Below are positions 28,573-36,972 of a DNA stretch of 49,016 nucleotides, one piece after another (the stretch's first letter is position 1; every line of letters starts with the position of its first letter). The DNA comes from a candidate division FCPU426 bacterium (GTDB taxonomy: Bacteria; Oederibacteriota; Muellerivitia; Muellerivitales; Muellerivitaceae): NCBI GenBank assembly GCA_963738405.1, contig CAVTWJ010000003.1, positions 1 through 49,016 on the forward strand. The letters are read 5' to 3'. The position numbers were made by a program, and so were the translations under genes. The notes under the pieces are model-generated. The model was given only the letters and a program-made list of their open reading frames with translations, was not told the origin of the DNA and did not search any database.

Positions 28573-29794
28573 TCTTTCCAACTTCGGGCCAGATTCGGGT
28601 CACGGCCAATACCACCAAGATACAACCCAAACCTCCCAACACCACCGACGGCACCAAGCCCACCAGGGCGGCCGCCGCGCCCGATTCAAACCCGCCCAGT
28701 TCGTTGGAAGAATGGATAAAGATATAGCTTACGGAATTTACCCTGCCCCTCATGGCATCGGGCGTCAAAACCTGCACCAGGGTGCCCCGCACTATCACGC
28801 TTACCAAATCCAACCCGCCGGTTAAAAGCATCATCAAGAACGAAAGCCAAAAAATATTGGAAAGGCCGAAGATGATCGTGGCGGCGCCAAACCCGGCCAC
28901 CGCCCAAAGCAGGGTTTGACCCGCTTTTTTCATGGGCGGGAGATGGGTGATGAAAAGGGTGACCAGGAATGCGCCGAGTGAGGGAGCGGCTTGGAGCCAG
29001 CCCAAACCCACCGGACCGCAATGAAGAACATCATCGGCAAAGGCGGGAAGCATGGCCACCGAGCCGCCCAAAAGCACGGCGAAAAGATCCATCGTGATGG
29101 TGGCGAGGATCAATTTGTTTTTACGGACGAATCGCAGGCCCGTCAAAAGGGATTGCAGGCTGATGGGCTCGCGCTTGAAATTCAAAGGCGCCTGGCGGAT
29201 GGCCAAAACCGACGCGAAAAAAATCAATTCCAAGACCCCTTCCAAGCCGCAAACCTTTGAATAGCCGATCAGGGCGTAAAGCATTCCGCCTAGGGCGGGC
29301 CCTGCCACCGAGGAAATCTGGAAAACACTGCTGTTCCAGGTGATGGCGTTGGGAAAATCCTTCTTGGGCACCAATTGGGGCAACAGCGCTTGCCGTGCGG
29401 GATCGCAAAAGGCCCTGTTGAGGCCGGTGAGAAATAAAAAGAAATACATGAGGGGCAGCGGGGCCGGGCTGAAGGGGGCCAGGGCCAAACCCGCCGCGCA
29501 AAGCGCGTAAAGCAGGTTGCAGGCCAGAACGATGGTTTTGCGGTTGAAACGGTCGGCCATGGCGCCGCCCGCCAGCATGAAGAAAAAGATCGGGAGCCAA
29601 ATGGTTAGTCCCACCAGCCCTAAGGCCAAAAAGGAATGGGTTTGCTGGTAAATTTTGTACCCCACCGCCATTCGCAGCATCTGCTGGCCGATCACGGAAA
29701 GGGCGTTGCCAAAAATATAGTAACGATAATTGGCGTACCGAAAAGCGGCGTAGGGATCGAGGGTTTGTTTATGCCGGCGGGGTTTAGTCTTCAT
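28559..29794 (-). CDS. MFS transporter (EntS/MFS_3-like)
   Basis: GGAMADRFNRK, GPALGG, DLFAVLLGG, MRGRVNSV..SNELG. Confidence 0.92.
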   Translation of the reverse strand: MKTKPRRHKQTLDPYAAFRYANYRYYIFGNALSVIGQQMLRMAVGYKIYQQTHSFLALGLVGLTIWLPIFFFMLAGGAMADRFNRKTIVLACNLLYALCAAGLALAPFSPAPLPLMYFFLFLTGLNRAFCDPARQALLPQLVPKKDFPNAITWNSSVFQISSVAGPALGGMLYALIGYSKVCGLEGVLELIFFASVLAIRQAPLNFKREPISLQSLLTGLRFVRKNKLILATITMDLFAVLLGGSVAMLPAFADDVLHCGPVGLGWLQAAPSLGAFLVTLFITHLPPMKKAGQTLLWAVAGFGAATIIFGLSNIFWLSFLMMLLTGGLDLVSVIVRGTLVQVLTPDAMRGRVNSVSYIFIHSSNELGGFESGAAAALVGLVPSVVLGGLGCILVVLAVTRIWPEVGKIKSL

Positions 29795-29855
29795 GGGGGC
29801 GCATTTTACGGGGCGGGATGGAAAATAAAAAGGGTTGGGCCTGTACAATGGTCAC

Positions 29856-30674
29856 ATGCCTTATATAAGTACAGAACGTGGAAAATTTTACGTTGAGGAT
29901 TGGGGCGGACAAGGACCCGTCGTCTGTCTTCTTCATGGCTTAACTTGCAAGCATACCGATTGGAATGAAACGGCGGCTAAGTTGATGGAGGCGGGTTATC
30001 GGGTTGTTGCCCCCGATATGAAGGGCCATGGAAAAAGTGATAAACCCGAAACCGGATATTCCCCCGAGGACTTGGCGAAAGATTTGGGGGCCATTCTTGA
30101 AACCTTGGCGATTCCTCAAGTTCATGTGGTGGGGCATTCGACCGGCGGGCGAAACGGACTGGTTTTTGCCGGGCTTTTTGCCGAGCGAACCCTTTCCCTC
30201 ACCATCGTTGACCAGACCTTGACGGAGGATCACGCGCGATGGGTCGAAGCCAAGAAAGAATATGAAGAGTACCCAACTCCTTTTGCCGATGAGGCTTCAC
30301 TTGATCAATTTCTTAAGAGCCTATATCCGGATCGGCCCAAAAGGGTTGCTTTTGAAAAGGCCCAATTTGAAAAGAAGGATTCGGGCGCCTGGGATTGGAT
30401 TTTCTCCGTTCCAGCCGTATTGGAAACCCATAGGCTTGGTCGGGCCCAGGAACTGCTTTCTCAACTTGAGAAACTGAAATGCCCCGTTCTCTTTATTAAA
30501 GGGGGAGAAAGCAAATATGTATCCCTGGAAGAGGCGGAAAAGATTCAAAAGTTGATACAAAGGGGCCGTTTTGTGACCGTGGAAAAGGCCAAGCACGCTG
30601 TATTTCGGGATAACCCGGATGCCTTCCTAAAGGTTCTACTAGAGTTTTTACAGGAAGGTAAATCAAAGCCATAA
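29856..30674 (+). CDS. Alpha/beta hydrolase (YbfF-like esterase)
   Basis: [23 protein letters not shown]. Confidence 0.9.
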   Translation: MPYISTERGKFYVEDWGGQGPVVCLLHGLTCKHTDWNETAAKLMEAGYRVVAPDMKGHGKSDKPETGYSPEDLAKDLGAILETLAIPQVHVVGHSTGGRNGLVFAGLFAERTLSLTIVDQTLTEDHARWVEAKKEYEEYPTPFADEASLDQFLKSLYPDRPKRVAFEKAQFEKKDSGAWDWIFSVPAVLETHRLGRAQELLSQLEKLKCPVLFIKGGESKYVSLEEAEKIQKLIQRGRFVTVEKAKHAVFRDNPDAFLKVLLEFLQEGKSKP

Positions 30675-30807
30675 TCCTTTAAATTCCAAACCCTTTTCTG
30701 TATACTCACGCCTCCCCAAAGGCAATTTTCGTTGTTTTTTGTGGTTGAGCCGGTCAAAGACCCGCCAATAACTAACCGTACATAGCCGGGACAAAGAGGA
30801 TTTGTTT

Positions 30808-32673
30808 ATGACACGCAGGGAAGACTTACGCAATATCGCCATCATCGCCCACGTTGACCATGGAAAAACCACGCTCGTGGATGCCTTGTTCAAACAGTCG
30901 GGTGTATTTCGCGCCAATGAGCACATGGAAGAACGGGTCATGGATTCCAACGACCTGGAAAAAGAACGCGGTATCACCATTTTCTCCAAGAACGCCTCGG
31001 TTATTTGGAATGGGATCCGTATCAACATCGTGGACACGCCGGGTCACGCCGACTTTGGCGGGGAAGTGGAACGTATTCTTTCGATGGTGGATGGTGTTCT
31101 CTTATTAGTAGACGCCGCCGAAGGCCCCCTGCCCCAGACCAAGTTCGTTCTTCGCAAGAGCCTGGAACAAAACCTGGACGCTATCGTTGTCATCAATAAG
31201 ATCGACCGAAAAGATGCCCGCCCCCACGAAGTGGTGGACGCGGTGTTGGACCTCTTTATTGCCTTGGGCGCCAATGAGCACCAAATCGGCTACCCGGTGG
31301 TTTATGCCGTTGCCCGTGAAGGCAAGGCATCGATGAGCCTTGAACAACCCGGTACGGACTTAAAGCCGCTTTTTGACACCATCGTGAACCATTTCAAACC
31401 TGTTGAAGTGGATTTGGAATCGCCTTTCCAAATGTTGGTCACCACGACCTCTTATAACGAATACCTGGGGCGTATGGCCGTGGGACGCGTCAAGCGCGGC
31501 AAGATCAAGCTGAACGATCCTATTACCCTCATCAAGCTGGATGGCCGCAAGGTCAACAGCAACGCCACCAAACTTTTTACCTACAACGGCATCAAGCAGG
31601 TCGAGTGCCCGGAAGCACAGGCGGGGGATATCATCCTCTTAGCCGGATTGGAAGACGTGCAAATCGGGGAAACAGTGGCTTCCACCGATGATCCAACCGC
31701 TTTGCCTTCTATCGCCATCGACGAACCCACCATGTCCATGGTTTTCTCGGTCAACAACAGCCCCTTCGCCGGTAAAGAAGGGAAGTTTGTGACTTCCCGC
31801 CACTTGCGGGACCGCTTATATAAAGAAGCTGAAGCCAACCCCACCTTGAAAATCAGCGATACCGAAAGCCCGGACGCCTATAAAGTGGCGGGCCGCGGTG
31901 AATTGCACTTGGGCATCTTGATTGAAACCATGCGCCGTGAAGGTTTCGAGTTCCAGGTTTCCAGGCCCCAGGTTATTTTCAAAATGGTGGATAAGAAACT
32001 GGAAGAGCCTTACGAAAACCTGATCGTGGACGTTCCCAACAATTGCGTGGGGATTGCCATGGAAAAATTGGGAGCCCGCAAAGGCGAAATGAAGAACATG
32101 GTGCCCTTATCTGAAGTGGCCACCCGTATTGAGTTTTTGATTCCTTCACGTTGTCTCTTGGGTTTCCGCACCGAATTCATGACTGACACAAAGGGTGAAG
32201 GCGTTTTGCACCATGTGTTTTCCGGATACGGCGAATACAAGGGCGATATCGGCGGAAGAAGCCGGGGCGTTCTGGTGGCTTTTGAAGCGGGCGTGACCGC
32301 AGCTTACGGCATGTTCCAGTTGGCCGACCGTGGAAAGTTTTTCATCAACCCCCGCTTGGAAGTTTATGAGGGCATGATTGTGGGCGAGCATACCCGCGAA
32401 AACGATATCGCGGTGAACCCCTGCAAAACCAAGCATTTGAGCAACATGCGAAGCAAGTCTTCTGATGAAGCCTTGACCATGGAACCACCCACCATTTTCT
32501 CATTGGAACAATGCCTGGAATACATTCAGGACGACGAGCTTTTGGAAGTGACACCCCAGAACCTGCGCATGCGTAAGAAGATTTTGAACAATAACGAGCG
32601 CATGAAGGCGGAGAAACAGACAGCCAAGTCTTCGATGAAGCAGATCATGGAACAGGTCAACCCAAGGGCTTAA
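30808..32673 (+). CDS. typA: Translational GTPase TypA/BipA
   Basis: [48 protein letters not shown]. Confidence 0.98.
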   Translation: MTRREDLRNIAIIAHVDHGKTTLVDALFKQSGVFRANEHMEERVMDSNDLEKERGITIFSKNASVIWNGIRINIVDTPGHADFGGEVERILSMVDGVLLLVDAAEGPLPQTKFVLRKSLEQNLDAIVVINKIDRKDARPHEVVDAVLDLFIALGANEHQIGYPVVYAVAREGKASMSLEQPGTDLKPLFDTIVNHFKPVEVDLESPFQMLVTTTSYNEYLGRMAVGRVKRGKIKLNDPITLIKLDGRKVNSNATKLFTYNGIKQVECPEAQAGDIILLAGLEDVQIGETVASTDDPTALPSIAIDEPTMSMVFSVNNSPFAGKEGKFVTSRHLRDRLYKEAEANPTLKISDTESPDAYKVAGRGELHLGILIETMRREGFEFQVSRPQVIFKMVDKKLEEPYENLIVDVPNNCVGIAMEKLGARKGEMKNMVPLSEVATRIEFLIPSRCLLGFRTEFMTDTKGEGVLHHVFSGYGEYKGDIGGRSRGVLVAFEAGVTAAYGMFQLADRGKFFINPRLEVYEGMIVGEHTRENDIAVNPCKTKHLSNMRSKSSDEALTMEPPTIFSLEQCLEYIQDDELLEVTPQNLRMRKKILNNNERMKAEKQTAKSSMKQIMEQVNPRA

Positions 32674-32779
32674 GTATTAAGGCAGGCGTTGGCTTGCCTA
32701 AGGTTTGCTGCCCTCTCATTGTTATCCCTGCAATTCCCAGTGAACATTTTATTTAGAATGGTTTTGATACAATAAAGCC

Positions 32780-33241
32780 ATGAAACCCCTTCGGATATAC
32801 CTGGATACCTCAGTGTTTGGCGGGTATTTCGACAAGGAATTTTCGAGAGATTCCGCTAGGATTTTTGGTGCGGTTCGTGAAGGACGATTGAAAATTGTTT
32901 TGGGTGGGTTGGTCGGATTGGAGTTGAGGGCGGCTCCCATAGAGGTCCGGGATTTGTTGAAATCCCTTCCGACGGAACAAGTGGAGGAAGTTGAATTCAG
33001 CCGGGAGGCCGAGGATTTGCAAACGGCCTATTTGGAAGCGGGCATCCTAACGCCTAACTCGGCCACAGACGCGGGCCACGTGGCAACGGCCACAGTTTAC
33101 CGGGCGGACGCTATTGTGTCGTGGAACTTCAAACACATCGTTCGGCTTGAAAAAATGAAGCTGTACAACCAGATTAACCTAAAGAATGGGTACGGGTTTT
33201 TGCAGATCGTTTCACCGAGGGAGGTGTTGAGCGATGAATGA
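32780..33241 (+). CDS. PIN-domain protein (toxin-like)
   Basis: IYLDTSVFGGYFD, DAGHVATA, IVSWNFKHIV. Confidence 0.88.
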   Translation: MKPLRIYLDTSVFGGYFDKEFSRDSARIFGAVREGRLKIVLGGLVGLELRAAPIEVRDLLKSLPTEQVEEVEFSREAEDLQTAYLEAGILTPNSATDAGHVATATVYRADAIVSWNFKHIVRLEKMKLYNQINLKNGYGFLQIVSPREVLSDE

Positions 33242-33431
33242 GGAAAAACCGAAGATTATAGAGGGGTTCGACTGCATCGCCTTCAAGCGCAAAGTGCAGG
33301 AACAAATCTATCAGGAAACGAAAGATATGACGCCGGAACAGTATTTAGAATATGTCCACCGGAGCGTTCAAGAAGGCGAGATGGGCGAGATATGGCGGAA
33401 GTTTCAGAAAAAACCGGCCGCCAGGGGTTAA
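33234..33431 (+). CDS. Small putative antitoxin
   Basis: GGAGG RBS; overlaps the PIN stop; FDCIAFKRKVQEQIYQETKDMT. Confidence 0.7.
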   Translation: MNEEKPKIIEGFDCIAFKRKVQEQIYQETKDMTPEQYLEYVHRSVQEGEMGEIWRKFQKKPAARG

Positions 33432-33442
33432 AGAAACCTAGT

Positions 33443-33655
33443 ATGAAATTAAATTATGATAAAAATACAGATTCTCTTTATATCGAACTATCCGAAAATC
33501 CGAGCGTGGATAGCAATGAGGTTTCGAACGGAGTCGTTTGGGATTTTGATAAAAGTGGAATATTGGTTGGAATTGACGTGCAACATGCCAGTCAAACCTT
33601 GGATTTGAAACACTTAGAAACGGGTTCTCTGCCTTTGGCAGCTTCTGGTAAATAA
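33443..33655 (+). CDS. DUF2283 family protein
   Basis: MKLNYDKNTDSLYIEL..DFDKSGILVGIDVQHAS. Confidence 0.85.
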   Translation: MKLNYDKNTDSLYIELSENPSVDSNEVSNGVVWDFDKSGILVGIDVQHASQTLDLKHLETGSLPLAASGK

Positions 33656-33758
33656 AACTCAACCTTTTAATAATTAACAACATGAAGTGCATGAAGGCGG
33701 AAAAGCAGACGGCCAAGTCTTCGCTGAAGTTGGCCATGGAACAGGTCAACCCAAGAGC

Positions 33759-34109
33759 TTAAGCGGGAAGGTCGCTTTTGGTAGTCTTTTCTTTGGCCTT
33801 AAAAAACTTTGCCGCTTCTGACAATAGAATCCATACCCAAAACGGAATAAATGTAAGCGCCATGGATATAAGGAATGCCATTGCATTTCCGCTGTCCTCT
33901 TTATATTTCAAGAATCTTAAAACGTATTGACTGCCGAAACAAAGAGATGAAATTGGAACGAGAATCCAACACCAATAGGCAAACGCAGCAACTATCACAA
34001 ACCTCATTTTCGTAATTTTGGTCAGAGGGAATATCTTTTTCACTGTCAAATACTCTAAAAATGCCCCCGTCAATCCAGTCAAAAAACCAAAAAAGATAGC
34101 TATTAACAA
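33759..34109 (-). CDS. Small AT-rich membrane protein (3 TM)
   Basis: GAGGAG RBS before TTG; three hydrophobic stretches. Confidence 0.65.
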   Translation of the reverse strand: MLIAIFFGFLTGLTGAFLEYLTVKKIFPLTKITKMRFVIVAAFAYWCWILVPISSLCFGSQYVLRFLKYKEDSGNAMAFLISMALTFIPFWVWILLSEAAKFFKAKEKTTKSDLPA

Positions 34110-34259
34110 TTTCTACTCCTCAACTTAACAAAACTGTTTTAGGAATTATTGGCGATTATGCGGAGATGAACAAGATGTGTTATTTTCAATCAAATTGAGA
34201 TTAAGGTTTTCAAAGCTTTCCCCCTTTTGATTACTCCAGACGACCATTACAATAGCCCA

Positions 34260-34751
34260 ATGTTTTCAAGGCTTTTTCCCTTACTTCTAATCGTGCTCCT
34301 TTTAGGCATATGCCTGCCCTCTCACGTTCATGCGGATGATTGGGGAACCACTACGACTACCGATGATGAGGATGAAAACATTAAAGGCGGCTTTGCCCCG
34401 CCTTATGAATATGAACGCCAGGCCTATGGTTACGATCCTGAGGGTGTGACTTATAAAGAGAATCAGGCGGAAGATTTTCAGGTTATTTTCATCACCTCCA
34501 CCCCCTTCACGGCGATGGCAAGTTTCGTTATTTATGGCACGGTTTCCCTTGTTAATGACGGCACTTTTGGCATTGGGGGAGATTTGTTTTTGCCCTTTGT
34601 GGGCACGGCCTTGGCGGGTTCAACCGCTATTGCCTGTATTTCCGTATTTTCCAATTCTTATCCACCCCCTAACCAAATTTCCCAATTGGGAAACCCGAAT
34701 CAGTCGATGGCCTTCGCTTTCCAAATTCCTTTGGTAACCGCTAAGTTTTGA
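34260..34751 (+). CDS. Hypothetical exported/membrane protein
   Basis: Signal peptide ending VHA, acidic segment, two hydrophobic segments, C-terminal Phe. Confidence 0.7.
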   Translation: MFSRLFPLLLIVLLLGICLPSHVHADDWGTTTTTDDEDENIKGGFAPPYEYERQAYGYDPEGVTYKENQAEDFQVIFITSTPFTAMASFVIYGTVSLVNDGTFGIGGDLFLPFVGTALAGSTAIACISVFSNSYPPPNQISQLGNPNQSMAFAFQIPLVTAKF

Positions 34752-34761
34752 ATCAAAGATT

Positions 34762-34931
34762 TTCACCACCAAGGCACATGCCGACCCTCCATAAGAATTT
34801 AACGAGGTCGGTATAGTCCTGATTCCCTTAGCCCTTTGGGCTAAGGAGGACAAAGACACCAAGAAAACCCTTACTTTTTAAACCTTCATCTGTGATTTGG
34901 CTTTCCTTGGTGACTTGGTGTCTTGGTGGTT
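34762..34931. repeat. REP/MITE-like element copy 5, left arm interrupted by a double-hairpin insert
   Basis: ..ACCACCAAGGCACA [insert] AAGACACCAAGAA ... CTTGGTGACTTGGTGTCTTGGTGGT. Confidence 0.8.
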
Positions 34932-35033
34932 AGGCTGGTTGGTTTAAAGCTTTTCAAACTTTTTTATCGGTTCGGGATGAAATTCAGATTAAAATAAACC
35001 ACTTTTTCGACTGATGGGCCAAGGAGCCGAGGA

Positions 35034-36020
35034 ATGTTAAAACGATTTTTAGTTTCGACGGTCTTTTTGATGTTCGCTGGATGGGTTCAGGGACAGGACA
35101 TGCCGCCCCTACCCGAAACCCCTGGAGGAACTCCGGCAGGCAACACAGCCCAAGCTACCACAGCGCCCGCATTACCCCCCTTGCCCGATAATGGAAGCAC
35201 CGCCTCTACTTCCTCTTCCTCTTCCGCTCCCACCCTTCCGCCTTTGCCGGGTGCGGCGGCCTCAACGGATAATTCCTCCCAACCTCCTCCTTTGCCAGGA
35301 ACAACATCCACCAGCGCAAGCCCTGCTTTGCCGCCCTTGCCTGATCAAGGAACGGCCCCGGTGCCGCCTGGCGGCGCTTCGACTTCCTCTTCCATGCCAC
35401 CCCTTCCCACAAACGGCTCGACGACCGCTTCACCTTCGATGCCGCCATTGCCCGATAACGGCTCGGCATCCACTGGTTCCACCCAACCTCCTGCCACGAC
35501 CGCACTGCCCGCCGCTTCGGATGCCTCCAAGGAAGCCAAAGTGAGCGGCCATCCTCGTTCAAGCTGGCCTGTCCCGCCCGTTCAACCCAACGTGATTTTC
35601 GGCGGGTGGGTTCGCGGCAAAGGCGGCAATCCCACCTCGCGGATCGCTTGGGCCTCCCAAGAAGTTATGAACGCCCTCATATTTAAAGGCTACAAGAACC
35701 TGGATGATCAAGAAAAAGGGAATTACCAGGGCCAACCCGGAGACCAATGGCGTTCGATGTTTTTCACAACTCCCAAATCGAAGATTACTGTTCAGGTTTA
35801 TGTGAAGCCCGAAGGCAAAAAGGTGTGGCTGAGGGTGGGGCCGGATGAGCCGCCCGCCGGCGAGAAAATGGCCAAGGTCGTTCAGTTGAAAGATGAGGAT
35901 TGGAAGGCGCTTCAGATTATTCGTCACCAATTAAAAGGTCGGATGCTTCCCCATGAAATTAGGGTGGTTCGTGACTGGTCTGCCCCTTTCCACAGGCCGC
36001 AAGAAACCGCGGATGAATAG
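35034..36020 (+). CDS. Secreted protein with Pro-rich (xPPLP) repeats and a globular C-terminal domain
   Basis: AAGGAG RBS, signal peptide, seven PPLP motifs in Ser/Thr/Ala linkers. Confidence 0.8.
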   Translation: MLKRFLVSTVFLMFAGWVQGQDMPPLPETPGGTPAGNTAQATTAPALPPLPDNGSTASTSSSSSAPTLPPLPGAAASTDNSSQPPPLPGTTSTSASPALPPLPDQGTAPVPPGGASTSSSMPPLPTNGSTTASPSMPPLPDNGSASTGSTQPPATTALPAASDASKEAKVSGHPRSSWPVPPVQPNVIFGGWVRGKGGNPTSRIAWASQEVMNALIFKGYKNLDDQEKGNYQGQPGDQWRSMFFTTPKSKITVQVYVKPEGKKVWLRVGPDEPPAGEKMAKVVQLKDEDWKALQIIRHQLKGRMLPHEIRVVRDWSAPFHRPQETADE

Positions 36021-36035
36021 GAAGAACCTTAAATA

Positions 36036-36206
36036 ATGGGCTCCTTCCGTCTTTCTTTTGTTTTTTATGGAATCGGAATCGCCGGATTACTTTTTTCCCT
36101 TATTCGAACCTACCATCTGGTTTGGAAACTCAAGAAAGAACGGGAATTGGCCCCCTCGCATGGAAGGCGGGGAAAGGACCTTAGCCCAACCCCTAAGAAA
36201 AATTAG
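36036..36206 (+). CDS. Putative 56-aa single-pass membrane protein (below the ORF-track cutoff)
   Basis: MGSFRLSFVFYGIGIAGLLFSLIRTYHLVWKLKKE.. fills the gap between co-directional genes. Confidence 0.45.
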   Translation: MGSFRLSFVFYGIGIAGLLFSLIRTYHLVWKLKKERELAPSHGRRGKDLSPTPKKN

Positions 36207-36261
36207 GTAAGGCGCAGTCAAACTTCACTTTTTATCACTGTCATCCCAATTCCACCTGGAG

Positions 36262-36747
36262 GTGGTTATGTCGACCCGTCAACAATCTATAACGAAAGAT
36301 TTCTTAAGGGATGTCAGCCTCTTTGACGGGTTAACCGACAAGAATTTGTCCCAGCTTTTCAAGATTGGGAAGGTACGGAACTTTAAAGTGGGTGAATTGA
36401 TCCTCAAAGAAGGCCAAGAGGGCGGGAATCTGCATATTATGATCGATGGCCGTGCGGAAGTTTTCAAATCCGGCAGGGAGCCCAATTCCAAACCCAAGTA
36501 CTTGGCTGAGCTGAACCGCGGGTCCATTTTTGGCGAGATGAGCGTGTTTGACGAGGCGCCCTATTCGGCCACCATCAAGGCCTGCGGGGATTGCTCGATT
36601 CACGTGATCAAGGGCGACGATTTTAAAAATTTCCTTAAGAAGAATCCTGAAATCGCCTATGAGGTTTTCACAACCCTGATCCTTCAGTTTTCCAGCCGTT
36701 TGCGCAGGACCAATTTGGCCCTCAGCCTTCTTGATTTCGGTTCCTAA
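36262..36747 (+). CDS. Stand-alone cyclic-nucleotide-binding domain protein
   Basis: LFDGL, ILKEGQEG, GSIFGEMS..PYSATIKA; no HTH; start at GTG 36262 or ATG 36268. Confidence 0.88.
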   Translation: MVMSTRQQSITKDFLRDVSLFDGLTDKNLSQLFKIGKVRNFKVGELILKEGQEGGNLHIMIDGRAEVFKSGREPNSKPKYLAELNRGSIFGEMSVFDEAPYSATIKACGDCSIHVIKGDDFKNFLKKNPEIAYEVFTTLILQFSSRLRRTNLALSLLDFGS

Positions 36748-36972
36748 ACCTTAAAACTCACTTTTGTCTCCCGGTTGAGCAAGCACGGGCCATTGTTTCG
36801 GTCTTGGCCGAAAACCTCAACATTTAGGGGTTTAAAAGGTTTTGACAACCACCTGTGGGAATGTTAAATTTTGGCAAATAGTGTTGGGCTTCTTCATTTC
36901 TTGGTTTCTTCGCCTTCGGATTCCATATCAACGCCCCCAGTAACACCCTAAGACACTCACGGAGAAATACGC

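Larger units (their letters stand above)
32600..33763 (+). repeat. Two direct copies of the typA 3' end (32600-32674 and 33689-33763)
   Basis: 75-bp gap-free alignment with 9 mismatches, both copies ending ..AACCCAAGrGCTTAAG. Confidence 0.93.

Noticed and set aside
36816..36833. NrdR-box-like sequence upstream of smc (ACCCCTAAATGTTGAG on the minus strand)
   Set aside because: A single imperfect match with no convincing second box.
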